From Antedon mediterranea (Eukaryota > Animalia > Echinodermata), in contig NC_092671.1 in assembly GCF_964355755.1 (NCBI RefSeq), forward strand, positions 20,088,001 to 20,152,000: a stretch of 64,000 nt of DNA, read 5' to 3'. The notes below the pieces were generated by a model. It saw only the letters and a list, made by a program, of their open reading frames with translations, searched no databases and had not been told where the DNA came from. Position 1 is the stretch's first letter. Each line of letters opens with the position of its first letter. Below are positions 38,363-52,176 of this stretch, in pieces. The translations under genes and the position numbers were made by a program.

Positions 38363-41300
38363 GGGGAGATGTGGGAGAGTTGAGCCATTTTTCACTCAAT
38401 GCACTATTACCCCAATTCTATGAAGTGGAGAATAATGCCTAATATTGTAATACACACACCACCTAATGAGACATATACTAAGTATAGGCTACTAACCATG
38501 AAGTGGTATAGGTGTGACAATACTATTAAAAAAATTGTCGAAATGGCTCAAGTCTCCCTTGGTGTGGTGAGAGTTGATCCACTACTTGGGGAGGGTTGAT
38601 CCACTACTTTCAATTTCCAAGGATATTAAATAATGTTGATGATAATGCAGAAAGATTATACTATGTGGTAGCTTATATCATTTTTGACACATTTTCTAGA
38701 AATAGTAACTGTAAACTCAATAAGCTAAAACACACATAATGCAGTGTATGAATATAAAACATTGTTTATTGTAAAGTATTAAGTCAAAACAAATCACAGT
38801 ATATAATTATATTGTAGTAGTTGAAAAGTTATAGGCCTATTAGGAATAATGGAGAACCAGTCATACGTACATGTGTGAATCTCACTAACCTAGATTAAAG
38901 TAAATATCAATTGCTATTCATCATAATTCCTTTATTTAAGGTTTTTAATGTTCTGTTTTAAACGGGACTACTTTGATTGAGTTTAATTTTCCTATTTCAA
39001 GTTCCATTCTGTCAGACTGTATTGAAACCTGATCTGGTTTGAGCACCGGAATGTACTACCAACATTGGTAGGTTTTGGTAGCTTTCTCACAATATCATTA
39101 AAAGGAAATGATGCTGCATCTGTTTTATCTAGAATGAAGGTGGGCTGGTCTAAATTATTTCTACCCAATACTCGGCGGCAAAAAACACCATCGACGTCGT
39201 CCCCATTGATGTTTTCTATGCATGCAATGTAAAAGGCCATTTGTGATTTCCCAGCAAGCTTAACAAATCTTCATCAGGAGTGTCACTAACATCCATTAAC
39301 TCCATGTCTACATCGCTTTCACTTGAGCTGTCGGATGAGTTATTGTTTGTCGATTTGGATGATGTCTTCCCAAACAACTTAACTTTTGCATTTTGTGGTG
39401 GTTTTTTTTTGCAATCGAGCTTCCTGTTCCATCGCAATACTCTCACATACTGGAGTATCTGTTAAAATCTTTGTGCTTCCTTTCTTTCTTCTTACTGTTT
39501 TTACTTTTCTTGGACCAGCTTTTGGAAGTGGATGGAAAGCAGCTGGAGAAACATATGTTTCTGATTCATCTGTGTTGTTTGCTCAATCTGACAATTGATC
39601 TGATGAAGTAAGCCTGTTGGATCTCATTGGTCTCCCCATCATCAGTGCTTGAGTCAACTGACTCCATCCACTTGATGATCTTCTGGAAGTTCTCTGTCGG
39701 TCACTGTTGCTGGTGCGTAGTCCGATTCAGTAAAACAATCAGAGTTGAAAGGATAAATTCCTGTGTTGCTAAAACCAGAGATAACATTCCGTGGGACCAT
39801 AGCAGACAATTGGGCTTCTTTTACAAGGACTGGTATTTCATATATGGTCAGTGTCTTCCCTGTGTTAGAACGCATCCAGTTATCCATTGCCACGGCATAG
39901 GTACGTTTAAATGACCCATACCATGATACATCTAATGGCTGCAGTCGATGGCTGGTGTGTGGAGGTAATGTCAAAAGTACAACGCCATTTTCTTTTGCTG
40001 TATCAATGCATTGGATTGATATATGCAACTTGTGATTGTCTAAAATCATCAAAATGTTATGATCGACAGAACATCTTGTAGGGGTGATCACATGTTGGAG
40101 ATAGTCAAATGAATAGCTCTTCATTCATCCATCCACTCTTTGTTGCTCTCCCGATTGAACCATTTGGAGAACCCCTTATGAAATGGTCATAGTAGTTCAC
40201 GCGAGGAAAGTAAGCATCGAAGGCAAAACAACATCGGACGCATTAATTGTGTACGTTTCTTATCCAACTGTCAACTCGTTTTGAGTAGCATATTCATACG
40301 TCAAGTGTAGACATTTCTCCTTTGAAAGTCCATGAAACTGACTGGCAATACATTTGATGTGATTAGCCAATTCCTTTTCCATCTCAGGAGAGAAGATCAT
40401 GTTGCGTAATTTACAATTTTCATAACCAGTTAGAGCCCCTGCATTATCAGCATGTTTAGTAATAAACCGTTTAAGTGTCATCCGACCCACATTGAACTCA
40501 CACTTCTTCCTCCTTGCACAGCAGCTGATGCCCGCTCTAGAATATCTTCTGGGGTTTTAGCTTTCTCTGTTTTTCTTATATATCGACAGTGATAACTTAT
40601 TCAATTAAAATATGTTAAAAGGGAGAGTTGAGCCATGGCTCAACTCTACCCTATAAGACTGGCTCAACTCACCCCTATCCCACCATGTTGAATTTAAACT
40701 TGCATATTTCAAGAGTCAATTACATTTATCATACACAACTAGCCACAATAAAAGGGCTTAAACCATAACTAAAGCTGTATTTGTTTCCATAACCTATAGA
40801 ATATAAGTGTTATGAATTCACATACCTTATTTGCGGAAAATCACTTTTAATGTACAACTAGATTTAATTCGTCACTTTGACGAATTATAGGTTATATGCA
40901 TTGATTTAAATAAAGATAATTGATTGATTTAAGATATATTGATTGATTGATTTTCTCAGAATCTTTAGTTATTTATAATATATGATAGGATCTTGCTATC
41001 GCAAATACAATAGCCGGTATCATAATCCGATCAAAGATCCTTCTGCGTATATAATGTCATAAACCACATTTGTGTTTTTATTTAGATTTCATTATAAATC
41101 ATGTGTATAATCCATACACTAAGAAATACAATTGAACAAACAATACGGATAATAAAAAAAAATCTTATTTCGTTTCGTTTCCCAAGGTGAGACTCAAACT
41201 CGGTACCTTGAATGCTATAGACACGAGCAAAGACCACCGAGCCATACACAACTGACTAAAAATTATGGAAAGATTCCTCCGTGTATTTACTATGCAGTAA

Positions 41301-42487
41301 CCAATTTGGTGCAGATAGATTATTACATACCACAATGAATTATAATGTTTAACTATGATGACATCTTTAAAAACAATTTTTAAATGATGCACTGTCAAAC
41401 TATATACTTTTAACTTTAATATATGAATAAGGAAGAAAGTTAATGTTTAGTTTGTTATTTCGGCCTAAGAAAATGTTATAATTTGTTTGATTGTCAAAAT
41501 TAATTTTTTTAAATTTAATATGCCATTAATGATGACTTAATCAATCTCAATCTCTTAATTTCATCATACATATGATACATACACTTCAAGAAAATGAAAT
41601 AAAAAATAGGTGTTCCAGAGCATTATAACGATATATTAATTGTAAAATGTAGCATATTTTCACCATTTTGTTAACTTACATGTGCCTAGCCTGTCACTTT
41701 TGACGTGCTTGTATAACGCTGTTTCGCGTTGAAAAGTGAATAAAATATGATGATATTATCAAAGAAAGGTTATAAAACAGTAATCGGACAAAAAACAGTG
41801 CGCATTAACGTTGGACGCGCTGTGCGCGTGCAAAAATCTGTGCACTCATGGCAATTTTTTAAATGCTTAAAATTGCCTGAAACATACTCTAATTTCATCG
41901 AAAATAAATTCTGACAATTTTGAACATTTTAAGCGCGCGTACGCATGCGTTATATGCGCTACGCACGTAATTGTATTGCCATATGATGAAATATGACCTG
42001 AAATTTATGAGTACCAAATTTTGTTTAAAAGTGATTCATGCTTGTGAAGATATGATTACAAACGTGATTTCGTTAAATCGCGCGTAGACCAATTAATTTT
42101 TGATTCCGCACCGTGAAAACATAACCACATCGATTCCTGGCCATAAGAATAATACTCTGAAAAATTGACTTAGCTAGATGAAACTGATACCAAGATAATT
42201 CATGGACAAAATAGTGCTAAGGAAAGAATAAATAAATAAATAAATAAAGCTCCTGACAGAATCAAGAGGTTATATGCATATCATGCATACAACCTAATAA
42301 AACAAAAGCAGGTTTAAATCTACTGTTTTTTCATGAGCACATGTGTGCTGATCAGAACTAACACTAGAGGGCAGTAGTCAGTGGATATCATCTACCACTT
42401 CGATATAAAATCCAATGGATCAACCCTCCCTCCCACATCTCCCCTAACACTAAGCATCGCAGTGGCTCAACTCTCCCACATCTCCCC
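38363..42487 (-). mobile_element. pogo/Tigger-like (DDE_1) transposon, degraded
   Basis: 25-bp TIR GGGGAGATGTGGGAGAGTTGAGCCA with TA TSD; LMILDNH, LPPHTSHRLQPLDV; HTH remnant at 40260-40490. Confidence 0.92.
40856..42298 (-). mobile_element. HINE / DINE-1-like Helentron derivative nested in pogo
   Basis: On the - strand: 5' subTIR TAGGTTGTATGCA with adjacent inverted copy, (TATT)n microsatellite, 3' subTIR TGCATATAACCTA, hairpin AATTCGTCA..TGACGAATT, then CTAGTT. Confidence 0.8.
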
Positions 42488-44529
42488 TAACACTAAGCAT
42501 CATGTTTACTTCCCAGAAAACAGTTGATTTTAGCTTTTCATGACTAAAGCCCTCTATGTTTTTAAACTTCTTCACACCTACACGATCGATATAGTTGAAC
42601 ACGTCCAAAAGTTCAACTTCCAATTTTAGTGTTTAAATTTATTAAATGATGGCAATCGATATGCGGAATGTGAAGAGTTTGGTTTTTTTGTTGTCAATTC
42701 TTAAATTGCTTTACATCGCATCTCCCGTTCTTGCTCTAATCTGACTTTAAATGAGTTCACCTTTTTCTCTTCTGCCATTCTTTTTGCCCTTTCCTCATCT
42801 AATTCTGCTTTCAAATGATTAACCTCATGATTATCAACCTGATGGCCTTCTTCTGTTGTGGCAATGAATCCACCGGATTGCCCTTTTCGCTTACTCCCAT
42901 CACCAACCTCATCATCGTTTTTAAAATTGACTGCTCCGAACGTAATAATAACGTATTTCTTTCTTTACCTTCCTTGAACCTGGTCGTATTCTTTGAACTA
43001 TATGGCCTATCCCAGAAAAAGCCTCCTTGAAGAGGCGCCCGCATTTCTGATCTGTAGTTTTATGTGGGTATTGGTGTATTAGAAACCTTTTAACAACCGA
43101 TACAGGAACCTTCTCAAACTTTTTACCAGGTAAAAATTGTTTTAATATTGCTGCACGTATAGCATCATCTGAGGCATTTATTTTGAGCTACTATATTAAA
43201 ATGACTAAATTAACTACAATATATTTGTTTGACTTTGTAATTAACAACTTCTATTTTGTCTTATAAATGACTTTTTGAATCTTCACAAAGACCGCAATTA
43301 TTAAGTGATCCGTGTAATGCGCTTTTTATGATATTAGCCAGCCCCAAATAAACACTTATACACACATGCATAAGACTGTTTCCCAGTATGGAGTAATTTA
43401 ACCCATTAAATCCAAGTAGTTAATTATTTCATCTTGAGAATTAAATGCTATTTTGCACATATAAATTATTATGTATAAAATTATTATTATTCAATAGTTT
43501 GAAAAACGCATCAATTTATAATTGTATAGATTAATATTTATAGGCTGTAGATATGGTTTTATTTGTTGCTCTATGATCACTCTAATCAATTTAATCATCG
43601 GCAAACTTGATCTATAGTCCATTATTAAAATATTGTTTATCCACTGTTTCATACTAGGTAATCACAATGAAGACAGAGTGACGTAATCATAATTGATAAG
43701 TAGTTTATTTCAATTCCAATACCAAACATCATGTTACAATACAGCCAAATATGAAAACTACTAACTAAACACACAAACATCCTTAACATTGGAATAAAAG
43801 GAACACATTTAAATAGTTGCACTATCAAGTCAATAGTTCTACGCAGACAAAAGGTAAGACAAATCTACTGGTGGTATAATTCTAGTAAAAATTGTAAGGC
43901 CTATTTTATTCTATTGGTTTGTTACGGTTTATCATAATGAGTGATTGATATCACTTTGTACAATTTAAAAAATTAAAAAAGAATTTAAAAATAATAAAAG
44001 TTTTACAAAAACGAATCTCCTTTTCTACATCAATGTTGTCTCCATTATGGTTGCGTACTGTACTGTACTATGCAAATGTGTTCCATTGCATCCTGTCTGT
44101 AGTTTTCCCTAAAGTTTACCAACGATGGAGCAACAATGTGAGCAACAATTTCTATAATGCTGTTTTATGGGCACAAGCCTTGCAGACAATTTTGTTTTTC
44201 GTTGTTTTCAGTGTGAATCAAGATGTAGTGACTCAGAAATGTTAGAATATTCATTTAGGTGCTATATTATCACACTTCCCAATGTTAAACAATGTTTTTA
44301 CCCGAGGATCTTACATGGTGGAGTACCTTCTCAACGGGTCGTTGGAAAATTGAGTCATAATAAACCTCGGACACGAGTTGCGTTGAAGTGTTTTCGACAC
44401 TAAGTGAACACCTGAACTGATTGTTGACTTTTACAATTCCGTGTTCTATTTTACGTTTTGGGGGTATGCCTATCGCTCCCGGCCCTAATACATGCAACGC
44501 CGCATGTCTAATCGTCAACGCACAACAAA

Positions 44530-47500
44530 GTAGAGAAAGTAGAGCCTTTGAGATGCCTTCTTGGAAATCATGAGAGAGTTTGACTCCCATTTTAATTTGT
44601 TGTCAATTATAGTACCTAAGTATTTGTATTGGGTTACTCTTTCAACCTCGGTTTCTTTAATTAATCATCTCTTTGGTTTTAGTAATATTAAGTATTAAGT
44701 TCATATCTTCACACCAATTAACAAATCTTCCAACTTCATTAACAAATTCATTTACATTATGCTTACTATCGCAAAGAAAACCACTAATTACAGTATCGTC
44801 AGCGTATTTTACAATATTGCAATCTTTACTTAAAATATTAAAACTACTAGAATAAAAAGAGAACAAAATTGGAGAGATAACACATCCTTGAGGAGCTCCA
44901 ACACTGGTAAATTCTTTGTTGGATAGGATACCATTGCACTTAACCATCTGCAGTCTATTAATCAAAAAACTATATATAACTTTGGCGAGCTGAGGTGAGA
45001 CATTAAAACTTAATAATCTATCAATTAAAACATGTGGTAAAATAGTATTAAAAGCACTGGAGAAATCGAAAAATATAGACCGTACATAATTTCTTTTTGA
45101 ATCAAGGTGATGATATGTATCATGGAGATAAGAATTAACAGCATCGTCAACCCCTCTATTTTTCTTGTATGCAAATTGATTCTTATCTGCATTACCAATA
45201 TTTTCCTTAAGTCTAGAAACAATCAACCTTTCTAAGCATTTCATTAAATTTGAAGTAATTGCAATTGGTCTAAAATCTTTTGGTACACTAGGTTTATTAA
45301 CTTTAGGCAATGGATTTATAATAGAAGTTTTCCATATGCGTGGAACAGTACCATTTCTAAAAATAATATTAAAAATATGAGTAAAAATTGGACATAGTTG
45401 GATATTGCACACTTTTAAAATTCTGTTTGAAATCCCATCTGGTCCAGTTGCCTTATTGACTTTTACACGTGCAAATTCTCTTAAAACCTCGTCTTCATTA
45501 ATAAGAACATTATTATTATCATCATTACCAATATTGTTATTATTTTTATTATTATTATTGTTATTATTATTATTATATTCATTATCTTTAAGATTGTTAA
45601 GTTTCTCACTGGTAGCCAACATGTCTGTTTCATATTGACCATCATCAAATCTGCAGAAAAATTTGTTTAAGGAGTCCACAAACTTCTTGTCACATTCACC
45701 TACGTATTTTTTCGGTTTTTCTTTGTAGTCAGTGAGCATATACATTGCCTTCCAGGCCGAACGCGTGTCTTTATCCTTGAAATGTTTTTCCACATTAGCT
45801 TTATATTTTTGTTTTGCTTTTAATATACTAGCATCAATCTCCTTCTGAATTCGCTTCGCTTCATCTTTCTTACCGGCTGCATATTCTTTTTTCTTTTTAA
45901 CTATGAGACATTTCGTTTCATGTAAAAACCATGGCTTGCAATTTGGGTACATTTTTGTCTTCCTTTTAGGTATAATGGTATCAGCACAATAGTTTATGTA
46001 TGAACAAACAGCATTCACTTCAACATCGATAGAATTTTCGGATTCTGAGAAAACACCCCAGTCCGTAGATTCAAAACAACCCTTTAGCATATCAATTGCC
46101 TCAGTGCTCCAGATCTGCCTTTCTTTGACTACAGGCTTCTGTCTTTTTAAGATTGGCTTGTAGAGTGGTCTTAGAATCACGATGTCGTGGTCAGAGTTTC
46201 CCAATGGGGCACATGTTTTAGCATTATAAGCCTTGGGGATGTTTGAATAACACAGATCCAGAATTGCATTTCCTCGTGTTGGTTGCTGCACAAATTGTTT
46301 AAACGTAGGAAGAACAGTGTTCAGGTTAAATTGGTTAAAATCTCCCAGAATGATTTTTACAGCGTCTGGGGAATGCGATTCAATATTATTGACCTGCTCA
46401 GCAATGTGTTCACACGCGATAGTATAATTTGCACCTGGGTGAATATATACTATAAAAATAAAAATTTGTGGAAATTCGCGCGGTAAGTAGAAAGGTCTGA
46501 TCCCAACAGTAAGTACTTCATAGTCGGGTGTACAGGCTTTCGACCAAACCTTCCAGTTGTTACAAAATTGTTGGTTAAAGACCCCTTCCCTGCAATTTTG
46601 GACGTTTTTTGGAAAATAATACATATATATCACTTTAAAAACATTAAACCATGTCATTCCTTGTCTTAAATGTACGTTTTATGGTAAATTATGATAAAAA
46701 GTGAGAAACAATGCACTACCTAAGTAGCTCGCGGCGATCGACCTCTCGTGGACGGTCTCAGGCCTAGCCTAGCTAGGCTTAGTTTTGTAGGCCTAGCTGG
46801 TAAACATCGGTAACGTACGAACATCGTACGCTAGCTATATACCTAGTCTGACGTTGTATAGTTGCTGCATTAATTGTCTTTCTATTTTTGCCAGACTCCG
46901 TTGATACAAATTGGGGAAAACCCAGTATTTTCGCTGAAAAGTTAGGAGTCTTCCATTTGTTTTGGCTTCACGATCGATCGAAAAGTGGGCGAATTACAGG
47001 TGAAAAACAACAATATCAATCCGCGCGCAATGCATTTTGGGATTTATAGCGGGCCGCTATAATTATTAAAATCGATTTATTTTTCACATTTTTAACCGTT
47101 TAAAGACGAAAAAAGTTATCGCAATAGGACCATATAGTATTATTTTTACATTAAATATAGTTTGTGATCTTAAATTAGATCTAAAAAACGTAGGGAATGG
47201 GGCTTTAATATAAAGACAGACTCCACCACCTGTAGTTTTACCTGAATTTATGGTTCTATCACTTCTCAGGAGTGTGAAATTTTCAAGCTCAATGGCTGAG
47301 TCAGCGATTTCATCTTTGAGCCATGTCTCCGTAAAACATAGTAATGAAGCTTCTCTATATTCATGGAGAAATCGTATATTAGCTCGCAGTTCGTCCATTT
47401 TGTTCTGCAGTGATCTAACGTTACCAAAAGTAATGACAGGTAGAGGGTGTTTAGTTCCTCTTCTCCTTAGACGTTGACGGATACCACCTTTTTTCCCCCT

Positions 47501-47848
47501 TTTACGTTTACGTTTTGTTAGGCAAGTATTTAAATCCAAGCCCACAAGGTCAAGTGGCTTAGAGTAGTTCGGTTTACGGTACCATTTTAGTTCGTCTGCC
47601 GTGTAGGTGATTCGCATTGAGCGCACCATCATCATAGACACGTACGTAGGCCTAGCAGGAAAATTTTTGATAACAGTGACAAATAAAACAATTAACGTCC
47701 ACAAGTGCAACATTTCAAGTAACAACTATACATAGAATGTAAAAGAACACAAATTCTACAAAAAAGTAGAATACAACAGCAAATATAAATTCAAAATTTA
47801 ACGACACGAATTTACCAAGCGGGTCACCGCAGTGCAGCGCCACCAATC
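44530..47848 (-). mobile_element. Rex1/Babar-clade LINE (APE-RT), 3'-truncated
   Basis: RKRGKKGG, NVRSLQNKMDEL, CFTETWL, RPFYLPREF, DFSSAFNTI, GAPQGCVISP, KYADD, KTKEMI. Confidence 0.9.
46579..47204. mobile_element. TTAA-specific MITE (Kolobok-like, AG termini) inserted in the Rex1 ORF
   Basis: TTAA on both sides; imperfect TIR AGACCCCTTCCCTGC / GTAGGGAATGGGGCT; removing it restores GGGVCLYI-NQQFCNNW in frame. Confidence 0.85.
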
Positions 47849-49274
47849 AAAAAATGGGGAAATCTCTACAATAATTGGAATTCTTATGAAATAATACAAC
47901 TGTGGAAGACTGACTTTGTTTTGTCAAAACAAATGCCATCCACTTGGTCTTCTTTTTCTTTCGACATTCCTTTTAACGTTAAAATGTACGAATACTATCT
48001 TAAAATTAAATATATACTCAAATCCAAACGCGATTGTATTTTATGCTGACCAAAATTTGCACTTCAGATGGAAAGGAACATTCACGGTAAGATGTTGTTT
48101 TTGGTATCCATGTCACAATAACAGATTCCGATCAGGGTGTTTAAGAGTATGCGTCAGTATATGAGACATCACTTTTGATGAGGGCATACCAATTATTCCT
48201 TACACAATACCAGAGATTCCCAGTTCAACCCAATACGTGAAACATTATTATCATTACGGTTCCACCTGCAGTATTATTCAAAATTACTCTGGAACTCCGC
48301 AAAAATGATTTTGACAACAGCTTCCCCAATATACAGATGGACAAAGTGGTCTGGAATTATGCATTATGTATAAAAATGAGTAATAAAATTAGTGTTAATG
48401 TGTTGCAATCCTATAAGACCAAGTTGCAAATTTGACAGACCGTAGAGACTAGTGGCTATTCTGCTATACCAGGTTGGATTTCCAAGATGATCATAGTTGA
48501 GTCTTCGAGGCACTTGACCGTTTCTGACTGGCCTGCTGTATTCTTCCATTTCTACAGTGATGTCATCGCCTTGTTCTGTAACACTTTCCGGTTCATTGGT
48601 TGTTTGATCACCATCAGCAGACTCAGACCTCGTGTTAGTATCACCACTAGCTGTGTCTGCAGTTTTCACACTGAACTCGCTCCTCTTGTCCACTACTGAA
48701 ATCTGTGATACTCTTTATAAGTGTTCTAGGCGTGTATTCAGAGGTATCCATATTTGGAAATGTAGAAAGTACTATTATAGGCCTACTTGGAGTTTCTAGA
48801 TACGATGGCGTAAGTGAACCATGCTGATATCTATTTCAGAATTATCATTTTGTACAGGAGTAGCATTGAGAACATCCATGTGCTCAGTTTCACTGGCCTG
48901 ATCATTTACATTATCTACAGGAACTGATATAGTTAATACTTCTACAACAGATTCATCATCTTCATCACCGGAACAAGAATATTCATTCTTGGTTGTATTC
49001 TTTGTTTGTGATTGGGTTTTTGGTCGTTTATTCTTTTCTGGAACTGGCCAGGGTTATCTCACTTCTGTGATGTAACCAACAGGTAGAATAATTATGATCC
49101 CGATGCAAAGTTTTAGTTTGTTCATTGCCCTTTTCTTGTTTTAGTCTGCAAACTAGAAGGTCTACAAATTTCTCTATAATAATAAATGGTTCAGGTTTCC
49201 AACGGTCTGCAAGCTTATTCTTTCCTTTAAGTCCTAAGTTTCTGACTAGAACTTGGTCTCCTGGTTGCAGAACT

Positions 49275-50129
49275 ATGGGCGGCCATTAGGGCCAAAATAA
49301 ACAAACGTTACCGTACGAGCAATTCCGATCCCGTAAGCCCAAATAATGGCGTTAAAGACATAATTCCTCGAGTGACAAACAAATATTGCAGCATGGTTAA
49401 ATTGCCGAAGGGACAAAAATTGGGTTAATGATAAAATTGCCGTAAGGACAAAAATTGGCGTAAGGACAAATTAGCGAACAGTCAAAGTACATTGAGGGCA
49501 GCAAAGTATTTTAAAACCACGTGACTAAAAACACTTTGCTGGGGGTCGGTGGGGGAGGGGTCAGAAGGGTTAACAAAATAATCATGAAAGCGAGAATTGT
49601 AACAAACTTTGGAAACAGAATTCAGTGCCTTGCAACTTCTCTCGAAAATGAGGAAATTAATCTAAATCAAGTGCAATTTATTTTAGATGGGTTATGTATG
49701 CCATACAATTTGAACAATACTCGGAGTTGATGACTCTAATCAATCAAAAGTTTCGCGCCACCGAAAAGTTTCTTGTTTCGTTTCCTGTTTGCGTAGTGGT
49801 TGCATGCTGCCCTCAACGTTAACATTTAGTTAGACTGTACGTCAATTTGTCCTTACGCCAATTTTTGTCCTTTCGGCAATTTTGTCCTTACGCCAATTTT
49901 TGTCCTTTACGCCAAATTTTGTCCTTTCGACAGTTTAACCATACATCAAATTAACCATACGGCAATTTGTTCTTTCACCAATATGTTCATACGGCAATGC
50001 TGGTGTCCGTACGGCAATATTTGTTTGTCAATCAGGGAATTATGTCTTTAACGCCATTTGTTTGACTTACCGGAGCGGAATTGTTCGTACGGCAACATTT
50101 GTCTATTTTGGCCCTAGTGGCCGCCCATC
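49275..50129. mobile_element. MITE in the Gypsy integrase
   Basis: TIRs starting ATGGGCGGCCA with >100-bp inverted arms, AAATTGGCGTAAGGACAA sub-repeats, 7-bp direct repeat CAGAACT; removal restores ANAVLQPGD. Confidence 0.85.
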
Positions 50130-52176
50130 CAGAACTGCATTAGCTATACAGACTTACCTCCTTTTGTTAGCATGTCGAGCCTTTTCTGACTCTTTTCTTG
50201 CCATATTATAAGCTTTCTCAAGATCTTTACGAAGACGAATATTTGCTATGACTACGATTTTGGTTTTCATCGGGGTGCAAGTCGAAACAAATATCAACTG
50301 GCAAGCGAGCTTCCCTTCCAAACAAGAAAGTAGGTTTAAAATCCAGTACTGTCATGCTTCATGCAATTATATGCATGCACTAACAAGCTGACATGCTTAT
50401 TCCAATTTACTTTCTTTTCATTTTCTAATGTTTAATAGTGTTTGATTAAATCTCTTGCGTTGTGGATCTCCTTGTGGGTGATGAGGAGTGGTATGTGATT
50501 TCCTAATAGACCAGTGAGTTCTTTGATCAATTTACTTTCAAATTCTGGTCCTTGGTAGCCCGTAGTGTTGAAAGTATTGTTGCCATAATACCTCCGCAAC
50601 TGTGCTGTTTGATCATTTGTTGGAAAAGCTTGGACATACCCGGTGAAATGATCGGTCACTACCAGTATCGACTTCTGACCACTGCTATCTGGCTCAACAG
50701 AAAGAAAGTCCATACAGACCAACTCCATAGGTCCACTTGTTTTAATATTGTGTAGCGGTGCACTTTTTGAAGGCAAAGATTTACGTGCTAGGCAACGGCC
50801 ACAATGCTTGGCCCACTCTACAACCTCTGTTGACATCTTTGGCCAATAGAATCTCTCTCTAACTAACGCTACTGTGCGTTCAGTGCCATGATGTCATAAG
50901 TCATTATGGAGCATTGTCAAAGCCTTCACTCAGTAAGCCTTTGGTAAAAGAAGTTTGACTTTACTACCGTCTTGAGGTCTGGTTATACTACGGTACAGTA
51001 CATTATCTCTCAACATCAATTTGGTATTTATGACTTCTTTAGGTGAGATTTCACTCATTAGCGTTTGTAGATTCTCTTTAATTCTCATCTGATCAACTTA
51101 ATCTGCTGCATTAGCATCATAAGCGAAAGGTCTACCAGACAGTGCATCTGCATCTTGGTTAGTTCTACCAGGTTTATATTGAATGGAGAAGTCAAAATTA
51201 GCGAACACGGCCTACCATCGTACAAGGTATGTTACAGATTTGCAAAAAAACTTGCACTTCTCAGGAGAAACCTTGAGGCCAAACTCTTTTAAGCGGTCAA
51301 ATACTTTGGTTAGACGATTTTCCATCTCCTCTACTGTCTTCATGCCGGACATACAAGATTCCATCAATCTTTAAAAAGTAGACGGTGCACCTTTAATACC
51401 TTGAGGCATTCTTTCGAATTCATAAAAACTAATCGGGCAAGTGAAGGCGGTTTTTGTTGTTACTCTCACGCATAGGAATTTGATAGAAACCGGACTTTAG
51501 ATCAATTACAGAGAACCAATTGGAACCACTGCGGCAGTCGACATCTTGTATTAGAGTTACTACATACTGGTCTGACACAGTCCTTGCATTCAACTTTCTG
51601 TAATCGACGCACATTCGTAAGGAGCCATTTTTCTTTCTGACCATAACAATCGGTGAGGCATATCTGCTCTTTGATGGTTTGATGATTCCATTACTTAAAA
51701 GTTAGTGGATATGTATTTGTAAGTCAACTAAGTCTTCTGGGGATACCCTTCGTGTCCTCTCTCGAAAAGGAGTAGTGTCGTTCAAGTTGACTTCATGCTA
51801 GGCCTTAGAGGTCAATCCAATTCATGTTTGGCAAAAACATCAGTCTTTTTCTGGAACCTGCTAAACATTCGGCTTTTAACATCTACGGGAACTTCAGATC
51901 AGCATTTAAACGGTTAACTTACTTATGTCATTTAATTGCTTTGGAATTTGAGAAGAATTAGTTGAACAAAGGTTAGTAATACACTAGGGATAGTGGCTTC
52001 TGCTAGTATATTATTTTTATGTACATAGATATCTTTCGATCTGCTGTTTTTAACATCTATAATACAGTGACACGTTTTCCTCTGGGTAGTTTCTTAAGGC
52101 AAATAGTTGAATTTAAATGTGGGTTGACTTTGTTATTTGTATCATTTGTCATCGTTTAGGTTCTATTTTTATGTCT

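Larger units (their letters stand above)
37730..43190 (-). pseudogene. Spliced protein-kinase pseudogene interrupted by the pogo element
   Basis: IGS*TFGRV (42598-42624), VGVKK...WEVNMMLSV|TAHPNIIK read in frame across the pogo TA, a GT-AG intron at 38073-38225, then GLPW, IAKGIIAMHNHNVVHND*MKENN, YQWISP, TDSYSF; coiled-coil region upstream. Confidence 0.8.
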
